A DNA stretch of 64,000 nucleotides from Eledone cirrhosa (GCA_964016885.1 OZ024741.1:91078001-91142000); one strand, 5' to 3'; shown: positions 1-12,976, counted from the stretch's first letter. A program made the numbers and translations. The notes: generated by a model from the sequence alone, not told the origin.

Positions 1-20
1 AGCTGAGTAAACTGGAGCAA

Positions 21-1179
21 TCTATACATATATATAAAACTGTAGTTGTCTGTGTGTGTGTCCTCATTTTTGCAAAGTCTATACAAATCGACATTTCTAC
101 TCCGATTGACTTCAAACTTGCATTTATATATTCCTTGCGGTCTAAAGATATTAACTGCAGCTTTTATTTTTCAATTTTCTGTTGTTAGGCACTGGTTATC
201 GATCTCCATCGTGCCTTTATAATATCTGTCTGTATGTCTGGTTGTCTGCATTGCGACATTATGACAAACATTGATGACGTATTATGTTCGCTATTTTCCG
301 TTCATTGCCAGGGAACATCTTCACGAACCAAAGTATTGTCTTCCTATTTTCTTTCAATTGCAACGTTTTTCGAAATATTTACTTCTGCGTTCACAGATTG
401 ATTTTTTAGTTTCAGAAGATCCCGTTAAGGGTGAAAGCCGCGATTCTTTGCTTAAACTTTAAGCTGTTATTTTAATATATAATATAAGCGAGGCAAGCCA
501 GTCCAGTTGCCACTTCTTGCCAATAAACTTTAACCCTTTGTGTGCTATTCATCTAACTGTAGACCAACAAATACCACCTAAACGGAGCATTGACAAGAAC
601 GATGGCGAATGAATCTTCGAGGTAAGCAGTTTTCTCCCGAGCTGTTAGTTCACACGGGATTCTCTGCTACACCTTTTCGTAATAATACCGAACAACGTAC
701 TGCTGGTCACTCCTTCCTCCAAAAGCCGTACAAAGCGGACATGTGCATCGGGCAGATGGATCGGGTGCAAATCTACACCAGGCCTACGTTAGAAATTCGC
801 AAGGGACTGCACCAACAGGGATAGAGAGAAAGAGTAACTTAGTGGAAAGAATGCGAATGAACTTTTGAGGTAAGTAGTCTACACCTTACTGCTATGACAC
901 TGGAACCTTCTGCCAACTTAACCTGTGACTTTCTCTTTCACATTTACTCCAATAGGCCAAAACAGAGGGGTATGAAAAGAGGAGCTCAATATTATTTCTA
1001 TGAACAATGCACGTAGACAGCTAAACTGTACTTTCAACTTCTTAATTTTCTCCAAATAAAACAAGTTTCCTGTCGGTATATTTTCGTGAGTTTTTAACAG
1101 GCACTCACAAATAAACGTTTCTCATTGGAGGTGCTATTATCAATGTTCTTACCCGTGCAACGCCGGGATACACTGCTAG
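21..1179 (+). mobile_element. Non-autonomous Helitron
   Basis: Starts A|TCTATACATATATATAAAA at 21. Ends with a subterminal hairpin cccgtgcaacgccggg (~1152-1167) and CTAG|T at 1176-1180. These are canonical Helitron termini with an A/T target and no TSD. Confidence 0.75.
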
Positions 1180-2861
1180 TATATATATATATATATATTT
1201 GTAGAAGTATCCTTCGACCGTTATCTTAGTTTTCTATTTCTCTACACTCAGGGAGATCCAGGAAAGCACAAGTATTGAGTAATTTTTCAGATTTGTAAAT
1301 ACATATACAAATACAGAAATATATACATATATACAGGCATAAATACATACATGTATGCATATATATCATCATCATAAATACATGTATACATACATATCAT
1401 CATTTTACACATGTTTTCCAATGCAGGCATAGGTTGGACTGGTTGTCACAGTCCAATATTAGAGAATCCTGTTTTGCCCATGTTTCATTTTTGGCATGGC
1501 TTCTGTGGCGGAATCACCTTCCCAATCTCAATCACTCTACTGTGAGTTCTGGCTGCATTTTATCATGGTACCATCCCTATCACATACAGCATGTAGTGGG
1601 TGCATTTTAATGTGTCACTAGCACTTCCACTTACAGGGTGCATTAGGTGTATCTTTTGTGGCACCAGACCTACCACTTACAGAATGGACTGGGTGCATTT
1701 TATCATGGTAATCAAGTATTGGTTGATATAATCCTGGCCTTTAGCCTACACAAGAAATAATACAAAGACAATTTTAAGTTAAAGATAAACAAAACATACA
1801 AAATGACAATTAAGGAGAAACTGAACGGATTGGAAATAGAGTGGGAGAGATAGAACCAACTTAGCTAAGGCATAAAGGGGATGCGCACATACAGACAAAC
1901 ATTTATATCTGCTTAAATAACACATCACCTGTTGCCCAAAGCTTCACCTCACCTGCTCACACTGTTTCCTATCTCTCAGTCTGTAGTGTTCTTTTACATA
2001 ATGGCTCCCTTGTATCTCACTATCACAAAGAATGTCTTGTTCTTCTACCTTGGCTGCTCTGTTCCCCTTGATTTTAACATTATTGAGACGTTTACCTAAC
2101 TGCTCCTTAAAACATTTTCGTTTTGCATCCTTCACCCCCCCCCCCACCTCTACCCTTTCATTTCACACCCTGCCATCACCCTTCCTTTCATTTTGCCATA
2201 ACACACCATATAAACATATTTACATCTCACACTACATGCATCATCCATACATCTACAGATCATACACATACATCAACACACAAACACTAAATGTATACTC
2301 TAAATATAGACATTTTTACACAAAACCTTTACTGTCAATTGAAAATACTTCCTTGTACACACACAGATTACTTCCATTCTCTTTCTTACTCTCCTCTCTC
2401 CCCCTAACAATTTATACTTCTATTTAAGTAGCCCTCCATACACTTCTACACACACAAATCACCCGCTACCACACTTTGTTTATTTGTCCACTTCCTATAC
2501 TAACAGTCAAACCTATCTCATTCTAGAGGATGTACCCATTTAAACCATATCTGCTCTCCAGCTTGGTATCATTTCTAAGCATTTTCTTATTTCTTATTCT
2601 TTACTTTGATAGTGTTTAACCTGAAATGTGAAATCCTTCCTTCTCTTTCTATTTGGCATAAATATTTCCAATGTACACACATTCAGATTTTTTAGTATAT
2701 ATTTTGTCAATCATGTGTCTTATTTTTTCAGCAGTGTATTGGAGCAGTGTGAAATGAATTATTTTTCTCAAGAAGCTCGACGGACCCTTGAAATGCTAGT
2801 AGAAAATGAATACATGCTATATGAAAGACAATCAATTGGTAAAAACCATTAATCTGGATAC

Positions 2862-3455
2862 CTAAATATGGAATGTTAGGCCATGCCCCCCCCCCCACCC
2901 CCCACCCCCCATAGCACTAGCAGACAGGATGAAGAAGGCGTTCCCACGGAGGACAGCAAGGGAGATGCACTGGAAAAGCCACTCCAACTCTCGGGGTTCA
3001 CACTTGCGGCTGGCCAGCTCAGCGCCTATGGTGGTGAGTAGGGAGGTAGCCCTAGGGCCGAGGACACCAGAAGTCTCCACTGCCAGGGGTACAACCGCAA
3101 ACCTGTCAGAGAGCAACCAGTATTTGAGGAGCCTGGCCACCTCAGCCCAACGTGCAGCAGAACCTGGGTCAGTCGCAGACTACACCAGGTTGCGGCTGTA
3201 GAAAGTGTTGGTGCAAGTAGCATCCCAGACGAGGGGTTTGCCACTTATGAACGGGAAGATGGTCATGCCATCTGGCCTTTTGCTGTCCCCTCGGTCCAGC
3301 CCCACCGACTCGAGCTGGGAAGGGAAGCCCGCAGCATCCAAGCCATGCTTTATGACCTTGTTGAGGGCAGCATGGCGTGGAAGGCGGCCGGCACTGTGGC
3401 GACAGGAAAGCGGGTGGAGGCCAAAAGAGTCCACGGTGGATCCGCAGCAACTTTA
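2862..3455 (-). mobile_element. CRE-clade non-LTR retrotransposon 3' fragment (Cys/His knuckle plus restriction-like endonuclease), frameshifted
   Basis: Translations HPLSCRHSAGRLPRHAALN...KRPDGMTIFPF..GKPLVWDATC and VPLAVETSGVLGP...WLFQCISLAVLRGNA match the typical C-terminus of CRE/RLE elements. Confidence 0.8.
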
Positions 3456-3894
3456 GTGTGGCTGGCAGATCCGGAGGCCGAGCCTCAAGGAAATAGCACA
3501 CAACTGAGTCCAGGAATCAAAACCACGATACTATGATCGTTAGTCCAACATCCTAACCACTAAGCCACACCCCTTCATACATATACACATACTCATATAC
3601 ATATGTACACATACATATTTCATGTGTGTTAGATTACTTCTCGATAAGTGTTTTACTTCTTTATAGTTCATTGATTTGTTAATTATTAATTTGATCCATG
3701 ACAGCATAAAACCACTGGTGTTCTGATGGTGGTGGTGATGATGCTGTGAATAGTAGTGATGGATATTGATGCTTGTGGAGTAATGGTGGTAGTAGTAGTT
3801 AGTAGCTGTGATAATGGTAGTGATGCTGATAATAGTAATGGAGGTAGTGTTATCAATGCTATTAATGGTGGTAGGGGCAATGTCAATTTTAACA

Positions 3895-4420
3895 CTTGTT
3901 GTTTAGCACCAACTCATCTCTATTTGGACAAACTAGGAGTACATTTTCCAATATCCATCTTTTAAAGGTGGGTTTGGGAGATTTAACAGCTATTTCTAGT
4001 AGGCCAAACATTAACATAGAAGCAGTCAAAGTGTCAATGATATTGTTGTTTAACCCTGCGTCAGCACTGATCAAGCAGTCCTATGATTAAAGCATTTCAG
4101 TCATGACCATTGTCATTATTCAGATACTGTTCATTTAGTACTCTCCAATGTCTTTTTTATGATGGCAGGGTGTTTTGAGGAAAATTTGGTCGCTATTTCT
4201 AGCAGGTTGGGTGACTGTTATTGTTGTTTAGCCCTAGGTCATCTCTGATCAAGCAAACTTATAATTAAAGCTATTCTAGCCATGACCATCACATTTTTTT
4301 CAGGGGCATATAGGAGTACATACTTTCTCTTATTTAAGACAGTAGGATGTAATTTAAAGGAGATTTGGCTGATATTCCTAGCATGTCAAGCAGCCACATA
4401 AAAGTTCCTTCATTGGTTTA
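3895..4420 (+). repeat. Three tandem decayed copies of an interspersed SINE-like repeat
   Basis: Repeated ttgtttaRccc...tgatcaagcag...gatttggctgctatttctag units at ~3895, ~4043 and ~4220. Related copies occur at ~15330(-), ~41320 and ~56860(-). Confidence 0.55.
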
Positions 4421-4554
4421 TTGTGGTTGTTGGTGTGGATGGCATGGATGTTGATGGTAGTAATTAAATGCTTTATAAATAATTATAACTGCTAATGAAA
4501 GCATCAGTTAATGTAGAACTGAAATGCATATGTAACAAGCTGGTCCTAATCATT

Positions 4555-5540
4555 ATCATTTTCTCATCTGCTTTTTCATACTTGCATGGGTTCAACGAAT
4601 TCTCTTTAGTACAACATCATGGCACTTAATGCATTCTTTGTGAAATTTAGCACTCTGAGATCAATTTTTACCACTTTTGCTCATGTCTTTCTCAGACAAC
4701 TTTTTTCACATCTTTCCACTTGAATCGTCTGGCATTTCTTTACCAAAATATTATCGTCCATATATATGTAGCATGTCCATATCAGAATAGTCTCCTCTCT
4801 TGTACACTGCATCTGATTCCTCTTATGCCCAGTTTTTCTTTCACTCAACTGTTCTTTATACACAACAATATTAAACATCCAATGGAGCATATTTGCTTCC
4901 TTTCTTTTAAGTCTATGCACATACCCTGCATGCAATGCCTATGTCTCGCTGTCATGCAACACTTCATTTTGTACACAAGCACCATAGTATCTATTCTTTT
5001 CCTGAAGAGGGAATTCTTTTAGTTCTCTTAACTTTCTGCCTACTTTTCTTATTCTGGTTATTATGCTTTCAGAGCACCCTTTTCCACTGCTGATTATGTC
5101 ATCTAGCTAGTAGATGCGATCAATTTTATTTATGTAGCCATCCAAGCATTGGAAGGGATTTTACTGATACTTTGGCTGCTAAGTATTCCTATGCATCTGT
5201 CACATAAAATTTTATTTCTCTAACAGCCTTCCTGTAATCCCATGTCCTTGTATTTTTCATTATGGCATTCCTACCTACTTTGTTTCTGCATATTGTTCAT
5301 GGCGATTCCCTTGATGATATTAGAGTCCTGTCTTCTTTCCTGTTTACTAAACCTTTACTCTTTACTAAATATACTTTATGGTCTTGATTGTAGCCTTTAT
5401 TTCCACTTTTGGAATTTCTTCTCTAAATCTTCCACAGATTCAATTAATGCACTAAGCCACCAGCATACAGGAGTTCCCACAGACAGCTGGTCTTAAACAC
5501 CTCTGCTGTGGCATGGAGAACTATAATAAATAAGAGTAGG
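4555..5540 (-). mobile_element. Decayed RTE LINE fragment
   Basis: Similar to the RT/C-terminal region and 3' tail of the 18.1-21 kb element (gggaactcctgtatgctg and ttggacatgc motifs), with many indels. Confidence 0.7.
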
Positions 5541-5780
5541 CAGAGAACTGAGCAGTTGCTTCACTAGGAAACAGAACCCTGACCTGGCAACTTATATGGT
5601 ATACAATATTTCTTCAGTGGGATAGAACTCAGAACCACATGGTAGCAAAGTGAATTCGTTAGTCATATGAATATAACAGGTTTTGTGTGTAATTAAATGT
5701 CTTAATTAAATGACTAAAATGTCTCTTCTATGATGTAATTGCTTTAGTTTCAACACATGGTTTCAAATCAAATCACTTAC

Positions 5781-5795
5781 CAAACAAGTATAATT
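5781..5795 (-). CDS. Candidate 15-nt micro-exon of a putative divergent minus-strand gene
   Basis: Minus strand reads ttattttgtaatttcAG|aattatacttgtttg|GTAAGT. It is in frame with the candidate first exon at 14105-14118 (MVLRRIILV...). Confidence 0.3.
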
Positions 5796-6027
5796 CTGAA
5801 ATTACAAAATAAACATCTATTTATATACATTTAGTTCTGTTTGAATTATTAGATACGTCAAACTTTATTACCAATAACAACTGATCATATTGATTGATAC
5901 AGTAACAATAAAAATGCTTTTTGCATGATATATGCCTCACCTCTCATATATACAGACATGTATATGTATTTGCTTGTATGTATTTAGGCATATGTGTTTC
6001 TATACACACACATCTCTCCCTCTATAT

Positions 6028-6102
<75 letters not shown>

Positions 6103-6133
6103 ATTAACAAATGGAAACTATATTTATAAAACC

Positions 6134-6200
6134 ATATTTCATTATACATATTTCAAGGACACCAAGTTAAATTATGGTGTGCTTTCATCATATAAAATAT
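6134..6200 (-). ncRNA. Decayed type I hammerhead ribozyme motif
   Basis: Minus strand: atattttat-ATGATGA-aagcacacca[taatttaact]tggtgtcctt-GAAA-tatgtat-a-atgaaatat. Same architecture as the 12977 motif, but the first core C is replaced by A and stem III is decayed. Confidence 0.5.
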
Positions 6201-7474
6201 AATATAGAGCAGTTTTATAAATAAATATTGACATACCCTTAAAGAATGCAACCATTACTGTTGGAAGCTCCCGGATAGTGGAGTTATATCTTTAATTATA
6301 CTATTAGGTAAGTTAGTATTGGATATTTTTAAATAAGCCGTTGGGTTACGGAGAAAGAGACAGAGAGATAGAGATAAGAACAAGAGAGAGAAAAAAGAAA
6401 GAGAAAAAAGAAAAGAGAGAAAGAGGAGTAAGAGAAAGGAGAGAGAGCGAAAAGTGATAGGTTGTTGAGTTACCTTAACATTTGAGATGAAATGAATAAA
6501 TAAAATTAGAAATGTAAATAATCATAAATGGAAGATATATATATAATATGAGAATTTTAACCATTGTTTAAATATGATTAAATGTTTAGTTAATCAATTA
6601 AAATATTGAGATCAATACATTAAAAATTGAGATCTATATATTAAGAAATCTATATATTAATTTAAGACTATATATTATTAAAAATCTATATATTATTAGA
6701 AGAATATAACACATATACACACGCAAATATACATACATATAAATATATATACACGTATAAACATATATACATATCTATCTACGTATATAATATATACATA
6801 CAAAATATAAAGGATTTTTTAATTTAAGATATAGGAATCTTATAAAATCAGAGAAAATCATTTCTATATAATATCAAAGCAGCATGAAGGAAAATTACGG
6901 TATTTAGTTATATAAATGTTACAATTGTTAAGATATTAAAGGAAATGTTATGTTATACACACTTTATGTTATTATACAAATTTTATATATATATATATAT
7001 ATATATACATATGTATACATACACACTCATTATAGATATATGTATATAAATTAATTATTTATGTGTTAAGCAGTACAGTGTGTTTATGCAAATGTCTAAT
7101 AGTCTAAACTCTAGGCCAAGTAGTACAAGTTTTAGGACTTACTGCAGGTCAAATGTAAACTAAAGCGTTAAACTCTCCATGACAAGAAAAATGGTGATTG
7201 GTTTCCTTGGTTTCTTTCCTCTTCGGGACAACTCATGGAAAATTTCATATCTATCTGTCTCTCTCAGATGATGATATGCATGTTTGGTTGAAGAAATAGA
7301 AGAATTAAAACTGATTTATATTTTTTACTAGCAATGTTACCCAACACGACTCAGGTGCCAAATTTGTAGACATTTTCTTTGACTTTTTGGTAAACTGACT
7401 AAATTTATGACATGTTTTTCACACATACACAGATTAATAGACTGGCACAGCAGTACAATCATAAATTGCTACAA

Positions 7475-8480
7475 GGGTAAAAGTGATGCTCTAGAAAAGA
7501 GCAACTACAGAGTAATAAAATTAATGGACCAAGTTATGAAAATGATGGAAAGAGTTATAGTGCAGCTAATTAGGTAAACAATCAAATTAGATGAGATGCA
7601 GTTTGGTTTCATGCCTGGGAAAAGTATTACAGATGCCCTCTTCTTAGTGAGGCAACCACAAGAGAAATTCCTAGCCAAGAATAAGCCACAATAGTTAGCT
7701 TTTGTTGATCTAGAAAATGCCTTTGACTGAGTACCTTGATCTATTATCTGGTAGTGCTTAAGGAAATTAGATGTAGAAGAATGGCTTGTGAGAGCAATAC
7801 AAGCCATGTACAGAGGAGCTGTCAGTAAAGGGAGAATAGGAAGTGAGTTTAGTTAAGAAATACAATATGTTTATAAATAAACATTTAGAAAGCCATAGCT
7901 ATGGAAATACTCTGACAGCTAATGTTAGAATTACGAAATTCAAATACATATTTGTATACAAATATTTTTGAAGCTAAATTATAATTCTATTCTATTATAA
8001 GTTGAGCCAACTTATACAGCTTCATACGCAAATGATATTAATTCCCTCATTTACACAGGCAAAAAACTATATATTTTCGCCTGTTTTCAAAGTCCAGCAG
8101 TTGCAAGAGCGGGAGAGATCGTCCCGATGAGAACCAGTTGAGTTCGAAATGCATCAACGATTGTCCCCCTTGCTTCTGCCGGACACCGCTGGGTGGCGTT
8201 AGCTGCCAGTGTTTTTCCATAGCTATGGCTTTCTAAATGTTTATTTATAAACATACCGTATTTCTTTAGAAATACGAAAGTCAAATACATATTTGTACTC
8301 AGCTATGTTCGAAGCTAAATTCTAATTCTATATATATAATATGTTGATGACTTATAGCTGAATCTGTAGGAGAGTTAGAGACTAAATTTCAAACATAGAA
8401 GAGTTGAAAGGCTTAAAACTGAACTTAGTAAATACAAAAGTGCTATAAGTAGGAAAAAGGACAAGGGTCTGATGCCATCA
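7475..8480 (+). mobile_element. RTE LINE fragment interrupted by a Penelope-type terminal repeat (7855-8335)
   Basis: RT motifs ([32 protein letters not shown]) run to ~7855 and resume at ~8340 (DDL..IAESV). Confidence 0.7.
8111..8168 (+). ncRNA. Type I hammerhead ribozyme motif (core variant CCGAUGA)
   Basis: atcgtc-CCGATGA-gaac[cagttga]gttc-GAA-ATGCAT-C-aacgat. Palindromic stem III, AUC triplet, stem I atcgt/acgat. Confidence 0.65.
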
Positions 8481-8539
8481 TGGAAATCTATCTATTTGTA
8501 ACACAAACTTAAAAAAAAATAGACAATCACATGATCACC

Positions 8540-9990
8540 TATAGATCAAGTGAGCATGGCAGCCAGATAGTCTTTATCCTCACTAGAAGACGAGATAGAG
8601 TGACAGTTGTAAACACAATGTCCCTCCCCGGTGAAGAATGCACCTCCCAATATAACCTAATAGTTTGCAGTAGGGAGAGCTACCAGGATACTAGGAAAGA
8701 AGCTAGGTGACAGGTATATTTTGCAAGAAGGGAAGCAGAAAAATAAGAAATTTAAACATGTTCTGCAACAGGAGGAACAAAAGCATGAGGTGTTCAAGGT
8801 TGCGAGGCAGTGTGTCAGGAAAATTATGATGTTGATAGAGAGAAGTGTATCTGAGATGATAATGGTATAGTTGCACTCACTAATGTTGAAAAGAATATAG
8901 CATAGAAGTGCCACTATGGAAGACTACTGAATGAAGAGAATGCGTGGGAAGAAGATAGTTTTCCCTAAATAAACCCAACAGAGGGAGTAGCTGTATGAAT
9001 CAGCAGTAGTAGAGTAAGGCAATCAAAGATATGAAGACAGGAAAAACAGCTGGACCTTTGGGAATAGTTGCTGAGATGCTGAAAGCATCTGGGATGGAGG
9101 GTCATGCCTTAACCACTTGTATTGTAAACCAAGTAATATAAAATGATGTCACACCCAATGACGGGCATACTAGCATCATCATCAACTGCTACAAGGGCAA
9201 TGGAGATGCTATAGATAGAGAAAACTATAGAGGCATCAAGTTGGTTGACCAGGTCATGAAAATCACAAAAGAGTTATAGCACTGCTGATCAGAGACTGAG
9301 TTAACCTAGATGAGATGCAATTTGGATTGGTGCGAGGAAAAAGTACCACTGATGCTCTCTTTCTTGTGAGGCAATTGCAGAAGTACCTAGCTAAAAGTAA
9401 GCTCCTCTACTTGGCCTTTGTGAACCTGGAGAAAGCTTCTGACAGAGTCCCCCATTCCATTATCTGTTGGGCTCTTAGAAAACTAGTAGATGAGTGGTTT
9501 GTGCAGGCAGTACAAGCCATGTATAGAGGAACTGTCAGCAAGGTTAGAATTAATAACGACTATAGTAAAGAATTTAGCATGCAGGTAAGAGTGCATCAAG
9601 TCTCCCCTCTTAGTCCTCTCCTGTTTATTATCATACTGCAGGCTATAACAGAAGAGTCTAAAACTGGCTGCCTATGGGAAGTTCTGTATGTAGATGATCT
9701 AACCCTTAGAGCTGAATCTATGGCATAACTAGAGAAGAAATTCCAAATCTGGAAGCATGGCCTAGTATCTAATGGTCTTAAAGTCAACTTGGCAAAGACC
9801 AAAGTCTTAGTATATAGAAAGGAAAACAGAGCCCAGATTCCGTCAGGGAAATGGCCTTGCTCAGTGTGCAGGAAAGAAGTAGGTAAAAATTTCATCCTAC
9901 GTCCCAAAAGCAAACTATGAGTACACAAGAGATGTAGTGGGGTTTCAGGTAGGCCAGCAAAGAAGGCAGGTCTTATATGTGGACATTGCA
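8540..9990 (+). mobile_element. Decayed RTE LINE (RT and PHD-like finger region)
   Basis: ORF 9315-9728 ([16 protein letters not shown]...LYVDDL) and the downstream GKWPCSVCRK are homologous to the 18.1-21 kb element. Confidence 0.85.
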
Positions 9991-11200
9991 CGGAAGGATA
10001 GACCCGATATCTTTGACATAACGATGGGGTTGAGCAACTCTGCACAAGTGACGGATCTGGTGGGAGTTTTCCTCCTCCACCCGCTGGCGGAGGAGATCCC
10101 AGGGGTGGGGAACGGACTATATAGAGACGACGCTCTATTTACCTTCTGTGCTCTAAACCCTAACCAGCTGGAGTGTATGCGGAAATGCATCACACATTTT
10201 TTTAAGCAACACGGATTATCCGTAGTGATAGAACCAAGCACAAGGACGGTGAATTTCTTAGATGTAACCCTAGAACTTCACACAGACATTCACCAGCCAT
10301 ATCATAAGCCTAATGAAAACTTACAATATGAAAGCAGACACTCGAAACATCCTAAGTCTGTAATCGACTCTATAGTCAAGGGGGTTTCAAAACGGGTGTC
10401 CACTTTGTCGGCCAACGCAGATGTGTTCAGCCAGCACGCCAAATATTATAATGAGGCACTGGCTATGGCCGGTTATACAGAAGCCAAAGTGTATACCCTG
10501 GACAAGGACAAGCCTAAATGTGAGAAACAGAGCTACATGGGTAGCAATAACATAGTTAGAGACAGACACAACAACCAGCATGAAATAGTAAGACTAGGAA
10601 AATAGATAATGGCAGGGATATCAACATGACAGTCAGACAGACTCCGATACAGGGGGACTCTAGGTCACATAACGCATGAAAATAGAACTTCCACACCAGC
10701 ACACCCCCGTGATGGGAGAATTAGCGATAGTAATAGAGTAAAGACAGCACAAAATGTGGAACTAACTAGGGAGACCACATGGATCAATAACAAAGGTATA
10801 GCACCAGCAGCACAATCAGACAGTAGTTATGAGAATGAATATAGGGCCATTAACTATGAGCAGCATAATTTACAAAGTGAACACACTAATTCAGACATGC
10901 GTACAAACTTAATTGGAGTATTATTCAATGTGCAGATGCATATTCCGCTGGCGAAAGGCGATGCAGACTGTGCCTGACTGAAGCCATGGAGATAGTAAGA
11001 TTAAAGGGTAACGCAGTCAACCTGAAATCCGAGGTCATCATGGCATGCAGGCATCAACGAAAATGCACATTTTCTGCATTGGAATTCCTGGATAGGTTTA
11101 ACTCGAGCCCCGTGGAGGTACAGACCCGAACAAAGGGACTGACACAAATATATAGAATGTGTCATCACATCATACATTCCATATATTGTTTTTTTATTTA
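9991..11200 (+). mobile_element. Penelope-like element (RT fragment plus GIY-YIG-associated C-terminus), pseudogenised
   Basis: FDITMG..SAQVTDLVG..LL, LYRDDAL, VNFLDVTL, PYHKPN..LQY..S.HP are PLE RT motifs. The C-terminal CRLCLTEAMEI...VNLKSEVIMACRH is typical of PLE endonuclease ends. Confidence 0.85.
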
Positions 11201-11597
11201 GAAAGTGTCATCACATCATTGCATATACCATATCTTATTTTCCATTACTGTACTCAATTTTATTCTATTGTATTTTTTATATTTTATTTCACTTTATCAT
11301 TTTACTTTATCTCACTCTACTCAATTTTCACCCTATGCTTTGAATGTTTACGACAACTACCTTATACTCAGAGAGACGGTAGAGCGCGTATGTGTGTAAA
11401 TATATATGTATATGCGCGTGTGGATGTATGTGTATAGATATATGTGTGTGTGTGTGTGTGTATATATATGTATATAAATATGAATGTATGTATAGTATAT
11501 TTGGCAATATACCGTATGTTTAATTAAAACATTTAGAAGACCATACGCTATCAATTTTAAAGTAGTGACTATGTCACTTACTTATTTTCGGCGAAAG

Positions 11598-11662
11598 AAG
11601 GGAGAGAGGCTGACAGTCTGTTTCATGCTGGTTGGCGTTCTATCAGAACCAGTCACTCCCCT
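11598..11662 (-). ncRNA. Type I hammerhead motif, copy A (1-nt core insertion)
   Basis: Minus strand: gggagtgactggtt-CTGATAGA-acgc[caacca]gcat-GAA-ACAGaCTGT-C-agcctctctccc. GUC triplet. Confidence 0.55.
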
Positions 11663-11878
11663 GCTTCCACCGAAAATTATAGAAGCTGGATTCTTATAGA
11701 ATTCCAGTAATAATCAGGAGATGATTATACAGAACGATTGCCAGTCCAGCAAAAATTAGAAATTAGAATTGGTGCTCTGAAATAGCGATGTATACATGGA
11801 TGTATGTATAGTATATTTGGCAATATACCGTATGTTTAATTAAAAACATTTAGAAGACCTTACGTTATCAGCTTTAAA

Positions 11879-11939
11879 GGGAGAGAAGCTGACTGTCTGT
11901 TTCACGCTGGTTGGCATTCATCAGAACCACGCACTCCCC
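11879..11939 (-). ncRNA. Type I hammerhead ribozyme, copy B
   Basis: Minus strand: gggagtgcgtggtt-CTGATGA-atgc[caacca]gcgt-GAA-ACagacaGT-C-agcttctctccc. Intact core and GUC triplet. Confidence 0.7.
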
Positions 11940-12142
11940 TGCTTCCGCCGAAAATTATAGAAGCTAGATTCACTGATTCCTCGTTATCTATAATATACTC
12001 TGCTCTGAACGATCACCGAGTGCTCAAACGGCATACCGCATATGGACACATTTAATTGCAACCATACAACAACTATATATATATATATAAAAGACGTAAA
12101 ATAAGAACATTTTAAAAAATTAACTTACTTACTAAAATTTTC

Positions 12143-12224
12143 ACTCCAACTAATTAGTTTCTGCAATGGGATAAAGACAGTTACGTAATATAACTGTCGA
12201 GAATTCATTGCGTCATCAGGGAGT
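12143..12224 (-). ncRNA. Type I hammerhead ribozyme with extended stem II
   Basis: Minus strand: actcc-CTGATGA-cgcaatg..gacagtta[tattacg]taactgtc..cattgca-GAA-ACTAATTAGT-T-ggagt. Perfect palindromic stem III and stem I actcc/ggagt. Confidence 0.75.
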
Positions 12225-12976
12225 CTATTCTCAGCTAAGTCTCCAGGCAATGCGCGGACACTGGGGACTCATATAAAAATAATAATAATTCGGTAGATGG
12301 AACAGCTAGCGGGGACTGGATTCCATGCACTGAAAAACTCGCTGTCTCTGGTCAAATGGCAGATTCTAAAGAATCAATCACGTGACACTGAGGCTAGTCG
12401 GTAGGAGTGGGATGGTAAGATGACAGAAGCCTACTATCACACCAATAAATTAGTAGTGGTTTTGGCAGGTTTGCTCAACAAATAAGTAATTTGGAGATAA
12501 ATATAGAGAATTTAGTATATCTACTAACATATGCGTACAGATGTACGCTAATGCTATTTTCGCACATATTATTAAACCCTTCAATACATAAACCTAAATT
12601 AATACTATTCCTAATTTCTTTTTCTTCAATCATAAACATCAACATCCATAAACCTCATTAACTCTTAATTTCAAAATCTTTTAAAATTATCTATTATCTT
12701 CCAACGGTTTTTTAATTTCTCTGTGAGACAATGTTTTCTCAATTGTAAAGCCTATTTCTCTCTCTCTCTATCACTCATTTCTACTCCTCTCTCATCCTTC
12801 CTTCTTATACTCCTCCCCCACCATCCTTTATTTTCTTTCTTCCTCTTCCTTACCTTTTCCTACCCCCCCCCTCATTTTTTCACAATCTCATATATCCATC
12901 TTACTTTATTTTTTCATATGTTGATTTAAAACTTCACTGCTCACAAGTGTTTTTTAAGCTTCATATCATGTCTCCC

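Larger units (their letters stand above)
11482..11970. repeat. Tandem direct duplication of a Penelope-type terminal repeat
   Basis: atgtatgtatagtatatttggcaatataccgtatgtttaattaaaa...cccctgcttccRccgaaaattatagaagct occurs at ~11482-11695 and again at ~11800-11970. Confidence 0.8.

Noticed and set aside
2762-2806. Possible hammerhead relic (ttttct...gaaatgctagtagaaaa); similar case at 43410-43450
   Set aside because: The CUGANGA core or the stems are too degenerate.
7268-7314. C/D-box snoRNA (ATGATGA...CTGA)
   Set aside because: Too short, no terminal stem, and ATGATGA is ubiquitous here because of RTE tails.
9937-10605. 222-aa ORF as a single gene
   Set aside because: It is a chimera across the RTE/Penelope junction at ~9990.
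12001-12040. Hammerhead-like ctgaacga...caaac at the end of the + strand Penelope
   Set aside because: The core and GAAA are both mutated. It may be a relic but is not supportable.
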